A stretch of 64,000 bases of DNA from an uncultured delta proteobacterium (lineage in GTDB: Bacteria; Myxococcota_A; Polyangia; Polyangiales; JAFGIB01): the NCBI GenBank assembly GCA_963778655.1, contig CAVZVA010000010.1:704001-768000 (forward strand), read 5' to 3'. The notes beneath the pieces are model-generated. The model worked only from the letters and a program-made list of their open reading frames with translations, ran no database searches and was not told the origin of the DNA. Both the position numbers and the translations under genes were made by a program. Numbering within the stretch: position 1 is the stretch's first letter; each line of letters begins with the position of its first letter. Below, in pieces: positions 58,119-64,000 of this stretch.

Positions 58119-58136
58119 AATCCCCCGAGCGTGTGC

Positions 58137-59699
58137 CTACTGCAGGCTCGGCGGCGTCCAGTCCATCCAGCTGGCGAGGTCGGCGTTCGCGTTCTCGGCC
58201 CGCAGCATGTTGGTGTCGTCGGTGCCGGTGCCGACCAAGAACTTCTTGACGTAGGCTTCGAGGATGGCGCGCTGCTGGGATGGGAACTGGCAGTGGGTGT
58301 GGGCGTCGCTCTGCCAGTAGCCCATGTGGTCGGTCAGGCCGAACGCTTCCCAGATCGCGTGCGCGATCGAGCCGGCCGTGAAGGTGCTGTCGATGCCCAG
58401 CCAGTCGATGGGGTTGTCGATTACCAGCAGCGCGCGCGGCGCCACCAGGCCCATGACCATGTGATGGTCGAAGGGCAGCTTGGGCACGTTGCTGCCGCCG
58501 AAACTCTGGCCGAAATCCGCTCGGAACCAGGGTTGCTCGTTGGCGGCATTGGACAGGGTTTGGACGTTTTCCCCCATCGCGCTCTGCGCCTCCGACACGC
58601 GCCAGCTCGCCGAGCCGCCGGCGCCCGATTCCTGCGGGATGGTCAGCACGATGCGCTCGTCGAGCGCCCCGGCGAGCAGCGCGCCCTTGCCGTAGCGCGA
58701 GCAGCCGGTCACCGCGATCCGCTTCGGGTCGATGTGCGCTTCGGGAGTCTTCTCCAGGGCGTCGATGATGCGGCTGACGCCCCATGCCCAGGCGGCCAGG
58801 TCGCCGGCAGGATGATCGTGGCCGTACAGATCGTAGAAGGCCCCGGTGCCGCGCGAGCCGCCGCCCGCCTCTGCGGCCATGGAGTCGTTGTCGTAGATCA
58901 GGGTCGCGACGCCATTCTGCGAGAAGACGGTTTCGTCGAGCGTGCTGAAGCTGTACTCGATCACCAGCGGAATGGGATCGGAGCCGGCGCCCGCGGGCCG
59001 GTTGATGCTCACCGAGAAGGAGACGCTCTTGCCGCCGCTGCTCACGGTGATTGCCAGGCTGTTGCCTGAGAGCTGAGCGCTGACGCCGCCGGGCTCGACG
59101 GCCGGCTTGGGGCCGGTTTCGTACCGCTCGACCTGGGCCTCGATTTCGGCGCGCCGGCAGCGCCACTGCGCCTTCTGGGTGATGCGCGAGCCGTCCAGCA
59201 TCGTGAACGGATCCTGGTGCTTCGCGTAGGGGGTCAACTGCGAGGCCGCCGGCAGGCTGGGGACGTGACAATCCGCGCCGCTGTCTTCGACCGTGCCCAG
59301 CGCGGGCGCGCCGCCGCCCGGGCTCGTGCTGCCGCCGGCGTCGGGCGTGACACCGGCGTCCGCGACGCTGCCCGTGCCTGCGGTTCCCGGCCTGCCCGCA
59401 TCGCCCGGGGTGCCGCCGGCGCCCGGCGTGCCGCCCGTGCCCGCCGCCATCGCGCCGCCCGTTGCGCTGCTTGCACCCGTGCCGAGCGCACCCCCCGTGC
59501 CCGTGCCCTGGCCCCCGCTGCCGGCGCCCGCGCCGGTTCCGCCCAGGTTGCTCGGCACGAAGGCCCCCTGCGCGCCGGCTGCGGCGGTGCCCCCCGTGTT
59601 GCCCTGCCCGCCACCGGAAGAGGCGCCAGTGCTGCAGGACGCCAGCACCAGCGAGGCCGTGGCGGCGACGGAGTGACGGACAATCGAGCGAAGAACCAC
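58137..59699 (-). CDS. CE15 glucuronoyl esterase lipoprotein
   Basis: AWAWGVSRIID, GCSRYGKGA, PQESGAGG, LPFDHH, APRAL; LASC lipobox; GTG start after GGAGG. Confidence 0.9.
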   Translation of the reverse strand: MVLRSIVRHSVAATASLVLASCSTGASSGGGQGNTGGTAAAGAQGAFVPSNLGGTGAGAGSGGQGTGTGGALGTGASSATGGAMAAGTGGTPGAGGTPGDAGRPGTAGTGSVADAGVTPDAGGSTSPGGGAPALGTVEDSGADCHVPSLPAASQLTPYAKHQDPFTMLDGSRITQKAQWRCRRAEIEAQVERYETGPKPAVEPGGVSAQLSGNSLAITVSSGGKSVSFSVSINRPAGAGSDPIPLVIEYSFSTLDETVFSQNGVATLIYDNDSMAAEAGGGSRGTGAFYDLYGHDHPAGDLAAWAWGVSRIIDALEKTPEAHIDPKRIAVTGCSRYGKGALLAGALDERIVLTIPQESGAGGSASWRVSEAQSAMGENVQTLSNAANEQPWFRADFGQSFGGSNVPKLPFDHHMVMGLVAPRALLVIDNPIDWLGIDSTFTAGSIAHAIWEAFGLTDHMGYWQSDAHTHCQFPSQQRAILEAYVKKFLVGTGTDDTNMLRAENANADLASWMDWTPPSLQ

Positions 59700-59959
59700 G
59701 ATTCCTCCCAGACGCAAGTCTTCCGGTCGCCTCGCCGGAGCCGCCGGCTCTGGACGTTGGACTCCAAAGCCATCCAGGTACGTCCGCCTGCCCAGTGGCG
59801 GGTCGCTCACCCAGCGGGTCAAACAGGCTCGAATCCGATGGCACAAGATGCTGGCACTGGAGGGATCCCACTGGAGGGATCCGTCCGAGGTAACGCGCCG
59901 TCGGAGGGGCATCGGCGGGCGCGGGGACCGCTGTCACGAGGCCTCGGAGAGCTGGCCTG

Positions 59960-60370
59960 GATGGCGGCGCCCGCGGCCACGGGGTTGAGGTGCTCGTAGA
60001 TGAGCTGCGTGCTCTGGGCGGCGTCGGCGCACAGCCGCATCATGTGGGCGCGGCCGTCGAACAGCTCGCCGGGCTGGTCGTAGCGCTGCCGGGCCAGCAG
60101 GGTGTTGAGCGCGCAGCTGAGCTCGTGGTGGAACATCCGAGTGAAGCACGGCAAGTTGTCGCGCTCGGGCGTGACGGTGAGGTGGTTGTGGGTGATGACG
60201 CGCGTGGCGTGATGGACGGCCACGCCGGTGTGCCTCTGTGCCAGCGCCAGGCTGTAGAGCCAGGCCTGCTCGACGCCCGGGTGCCACGGCGCCAGGAATG
60301 CCTTGCGTAGGGTCGTGCGCCGTGTGATGGCGGTGGTCGCACCGGGGACGATGATGCGCGGGGCCGTCAC
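59960..60370 (-). pseudogene. Y1/RAYT-like transposase, N-terminal fragment
   Basis: TAPRIIVPGATTAITRRT, ITHNHL (HUH), IYEHLNPVAAG, then similarity stops. Confidence 0.7.
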
Positions 60371-60490
60371 GCCCGGCCGCGGGTGCGAGAACTGGGCCGG
60401 GCGGCCGCAAGGCGAAATCGGGTATTTAGGCGTCGAGCCCTGGCGAATCTGGCCGCCACCGCCGGCGGCCGCCACCACGCAGCGCCCGGC

Positions 60491-60578
60491 ACTGGACAGC
60501 CTTTCGGCTATCTGGGATCGATCTTCTCCGGGCGGGACTGGACAGCCTTTCGGCTATCTGGGATCGATCTTCTCCGGG
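60491..60578. repeat. 42-bp exact direct repeat (46-bp period)
   Basis: ACTGGACAGCCTTTCGGCTATCTGGGATCGATCTTCTCCGGG at 60491 and 60537. Confidence 0.95.
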
Positions 60579-60603
60579 GAACAGCGGGAGCCGGGGCTTA
60601 CGG

Positions 60604-61644
60604 ATGGCGGAGGCGCTGGCAGATGTCGGAGCAGCTCTCCGCCATCTCATGGGACGCAGTGATGCCCTGCTTGCAGACGGGCACCGCCGAAGGGACACGC
60701 TTGCGTCGCAGCTCGCCTGCTACGCCGACGATGCCAGAGCGGTGGAGAAACTCCGCAAAGAGCTCCCCGCAAACGCTCAGGCATCATTGGCGACCCGATT
60801 CTTGATCGAGCTAGCAGCGGAAAGTCCAGAGGGCAGCGGCCGCATCAGCGATGCGCTCTTCGACCAATGGCTGGCGGCAGCGTGTGAGATCATTTCGTTG
60901 GGCATGGCGTGCGACGTCCAGCACCTGCAACTCGCCGAAGTGACGCTGCACCTTCACCCAAACGGCTATGTGATCGGTCGTGGTGCCTATGGCGAAGGAG
61001 CCCATGCTGTTCAAGAAGCAGCGGTGGCCTCTGCGATCGAGATTGTGACTGAGCCGGACCATGAGTTCGATCCATCGACGTGGCCGTTCCCCACCAAGGA
61101 GCAGATTGACGAGGCCTCCGAGGCGGAGCTCGGCTGTAGCCTCAGTGAAATTGATCGTCTCCCGGCACACGTCTCCCATATCGTGGGCGAGCGAGACGAG
61201 TCGGTAGTGGAAATGCCGGTGCAGGAACTGATTCCTCAGCTTTGCAGCCGGCTTGCGTGGGACGAGGACAAGGTCAACGCGGTACTCCAGTCGCTGACAC
61301 TAGAAGCGCGCACCGAGTTCACCAAGGCCGCGAGTCCCTACTCGGCATCGGACGTGCTTCCCTGGAGGTTCAACCGTGCGCTCTCCTACTTGCGCCGACC
61401 GCTGATTCGGGTCATTCGAGGCGATCACCCGCACCTGTTCCTTGCTGCTGGTGCTCCAGTCGCCTCGGCCGAGCACCTGGTCGAGAGAGCTCGCGTCCAG
61501 GCTTCGGGCCCTTTGGTCTGTGGCCGGCTGAGCTGCCCAGCGAGCGGCGTAGCCGGCCCAGGCTGCACCCGTCCGCAGCCACCGGTGCTGGTCAGCAGCG
61601 CGAACGGCAGTGTGGAAGCAAGGAGCGAAGTGCCGCGCTGCTAG
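60604..61644 (+). pseudogene. Lower-GC fragment of a large hypothetical protein, probably truncated near 61440
   Basis: Atypical codon usage; protein-like up to DVLPWRFNRALSYLRRPLIR...HLF, then low-information tail. Confidence 0.5.
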
Positions 61645-62230
61645 GCGGCCAGCAGGATGGGCGGCGGGTAGGTGCCCGCGGGGAACTGCAGGGCGCGCTC
61701 GCCTGCGCGGTAGCGCTCGGAGAGCTCGGCGTGGGCCTGCATGATGGCGACGACGCCGTGGGTGTACTGCGCGCGCGCCTCGGGCATCCCGAACACGTAG
61801 GGCCGGTTGCTCTGTGCCGGGGCCTTGGGCCTGGTCTGGAAGTCGGCGAAGATGACCTCGTCGACGCCGAGGGGTCGCTGAAAGCGTGCGCGCTGCTGCT
61901 CGGTCATCCCGGCGAGGTGCTTGCCGCGGGCGACCCAGGTACGGACGGACCGGCGGCAGAGCTCGCGCGTCATGCCGTCGCAGCAGGGCAAGGGGGACAG
62001 GATGAGGGTGGCGGAGCGGAAGAAGGGCTCGAGGTCGTCGGGTCGCCCGGCGTGATGCCAGGCCGTGCGGTCGAGGTACTCGAAGCTGGGGTGATCGTCA
62101 TCGCCGAGGCCGTAGGCGAGGTTGAGGCCGGGCCAGTGCTCGGGGTCGCTGACGAGGTTGGCTTTGCGGGGGTTGTCGAGCAGGTATCCGGCGCGCTCAC
62201 CGCAGCCCGCGTCATCGACGGCGGGCTGGG
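61641..62230 (-). pseudogene. Y1/RAYT-like transposase, C-terminal fragment of a second element
   Basis: Frame extended upstream of 61991 reads GYLLDNPRKANLVSDPEHWPG and ends GERALQFPAGTYPP; no HUH half, in-frame stop at 62268-62270. Confidence 0.7.
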
Positions 62231-62359
62231 GGTTTGTGGCGCCTACGCTCCTGACCGGAGGGCCACTTTACCCGCGCGCGATCGTTTTTGGCGGCCCGCA
62301 CGTATCAGGGGGCAGGTTCGGCGTGCGCGTGGCGCGACCGACGGCGCAGGGAGTTTTCG

Positions 62360-63553
62360 ATGTCCCGGAAAGCGATCGTGTTGGTGCGATGCGTGCTGTG
62401 CGTCACGGCCTGGGCGTGCGGCGGCTCGGGCTCCGAGCCCGGCGAGTCGATGAATATGGATCATGCGACGGGCATGACGCCGATCACGGGGGGCGCGCAG
62501 GCTTCGGGCGCGGGCGGAACATCGGACAGCGCTCACGACTCGAGCAGGGGCGGCGCTTCGATGACACCGGCCACGTTGGCAGGCTCGGGCGGCAACGGCG
62601 GAACCGCCAGCGCCGGAACGAGCGGCGGCGGTGACGCAGGTATCGGCGGCCAAGCTCCGATCGATCCGGCCCACTACGACTACACAGCGCAAGCGGTGAC
62701 GCTGACCGAGACGCTGACGATCCCCGCGGGTCAAACCGTGCGCGTCGGTCCGGGCACGACCTTCACTGCGGGCATGGGAATGCAGGTGTTGATCAACGGC
62801 ACGCTGATCGTCGATGGCACGGCCGACGCGCCGGTCGAGTTCGCCGGCGCCGGTACGCCGCGCTCGTGGGAGGGGATCGTGATCGCCAGCGGCGGCTCGC
62901 TCACGATGACGCACGCCAAGATCGGCGGTGCCACGTATGGCATTCTGGCTCAGGTCGGCTCGAGCTATCAGGTCGCGTATTCGGAGATCGGCACCAGCTT
63001 CAAGGTCGCCGTCTTGTACGCGGACGGCTCGTTCGATCACATGCGCTTCCACGCGTCGGGCGACGACACGTTTTCACCGGTCAACGAGGTGTCGATGGAC
63101 GACGTCAACGGCTCGCTCACCATCATCGACGCTTCGCCGACCGTCACCGACTCCAGCTTCGACAACAGTTCGCCGCTGGTCGATATGATCCGCATCGGCG
63201 GCAAGGCCTCGCCGGTGTTCGACCACGTGTCCATCGTCGGCGCGCACTGCGGCCTGCACACTAACGGCGGCGTCAACACCATGCCGACGATCAAGAACTC
63301 GGTGCTGCAAGGCCTGTCGTACGGCATCATGGCGTACACCGCCAAGCCGACGTTCGAGAACTGCAACTTCATCGACAACGGTTCGGACATCGGCTTTTGT
63401 TTCGACGCCACGGCGGACAACGCGCCGACGCTGATCGGCAACTACTACTCGTCGGGCAGCGCGTCGTTCGATGCCAGTTGCTTCGATATCGGCAAGGCGG
63501 ATTCGGCGCCGGCGGCCGCGCCGCTGGATGGCGTCGGCCCGGTCGGGCTGTAG
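62360..63553 (+). CDS. Lipoprotein with right-handed beta-helix repeats
   Basis: AWAC lipobox, Gly/Ser linker, LTIPAGQTV...LIVDGT..PVEF...WEGI, repeated SP/PTF turns. Confidence 0.75.
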   Translation: MSRKAIVLVRCVLCVTAWACGGSGSEPGESMNMDHATGMTPITGGAQASGAGGTSDSAHDSSRGGASMTPATLAGSGGNGGTASAGTSGGGDAGIGGQAPIDPAHYDYTAQAVTLTETLTIPAGQTVRVGPGTTFTAGMGMQVLINGTLIVDGTADAPVEFAGAGTPRSWEGIVIASGGSLTMTHAKIGGATYGILAQVGSSYQVAYSEIGTSFKVAVLYADGSFDHMRFHASGDDTFSPVNEVSMDDVNGSLTIIDASPTVTDSSFDNSSPLVDMIRIGGKASPVFDHVSIVGAHCGLHTNGGVNTMPTIKNSVLQGLSYGIMAYTAKPTFENCNFIDNGSDIGFCFDATADNAPTLIGNYYSSGSASFDASCFDIGKADSAPAAAPLDGVGPVGL

Positions 63554-63564
63554 CTGGGCAACGC

Positions 63565-64000
63565 ATGCAGCGCGCCGCGCGCATGACGTTGTTGATGGCC
63601 GCGCTGTGCGCGGGCGCGAGTCATGCGCGCGCCCACGTGCCCCTGCCGCGCGGCCTCGCGATCGAGCCGGGCGATGCGGGCGGCATCGCCGTGCGCATGC
63701 CGGGCTTTGGCTGGTTGCTGCGCGCGCCGGGCGCGAGCGACGGCGCGTTCGCCTACGCGTGCGACGCGTTGCTCGATGTCAGCCCGCTGGAAGAGCAGGT
63801 GCCGATGGTGTATCGCAGCGACGGCACGCTGATCGCCGGCACCGCGCACGGCATTCGTTTCTTGACCGGCGACGGCTGCCCGATCGAGACGACGCCGCTG
63901 CTCGAGCACGCGATCAGCGCGCTCGCGCTGCGCCCGAACGCCGACGGCCCCGACCTCGTGTACGCGATCAGCGCCGGCGCCGATGCGGCGCCGATCGTGC
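63565..64000 (+). CDS. Secreted hypothetical protein (partial, runs off window)
   Basis: Manual translation MQRAARMTLLMAALCAGASHARAHVPLPRG... open to the window end; signal peptide. Confidence 0.65.
   Translation, partial: MQRAARMTLLMAALCAGASHARAHVPLPRGLAIEPGDAGGIAVRMPGFGWLLRAPGASDGAFAYACDALLDVSPLEEQVPMVYRSDGTLIAGTAHGIRFLTGDGCPIETTPLLEHAISALALRPNADGPDLVYAISAGADAAPIV

Noticed and set aside
58046..58121. Mini-CRISPR
   Set aside because: 17-bp repeats are separated by only 1 and 11 nt, and the intervening DNA copies the element end
59960..62230. Single transposase split by an insertion
   Set aside because: The halves are in the wrong order, and both include different versions of the catalytic Tyr region

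Overview
High-GC bacterial chromosome segment, most likely from a myxobacterium (Myxococcota, probably Polyangiales-like). This is inferred from gene content, Gly-rich lipoproteins and the S21/DnaA sequences. The window spans the probable replication origin (dnaA-oriC-dnaN-recF, with no gyrB or rpmH next to it). It also holds a Wsp/Frz-like chemosensory operon, housekeeping genes (uvrB, dnaJ, slyD, clpB, rpsU, aspS, mobA), a lone type III secretion ATPase, a dispersed set of plant-cell-wall proteins (Cip1-like, expansin, GH43, CE15, SGNH) and, near the right end, a cluster of HUH/Y1 (RAYT-like) transposases with foreign DNA. The four most notable observations follow. (1) A bacterial gene matches the eukaryotic protein-histidine methyltransferase METTL9/DREV motif by motif. 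(2) A dispersed REP-like hairpin family (5 loci, compensatory stem changes) has one copy amplified 4x in frame inside a DUF3570 gene and another read in the same frame as a 66-aa ORF between dnaN and recF, so it may be a protein-coding repeat. (3) A RAYT transposase carries a DnaA-domain-IV-like tail and is bracketed by 26-bp inverted repeats. (4) Short ORFs bridge gene gaps by start/stop overlaps, and one of them links dnaJ to the orphan T3SS ATPase. All calls come from reading motifs by eye; no database searches were run.
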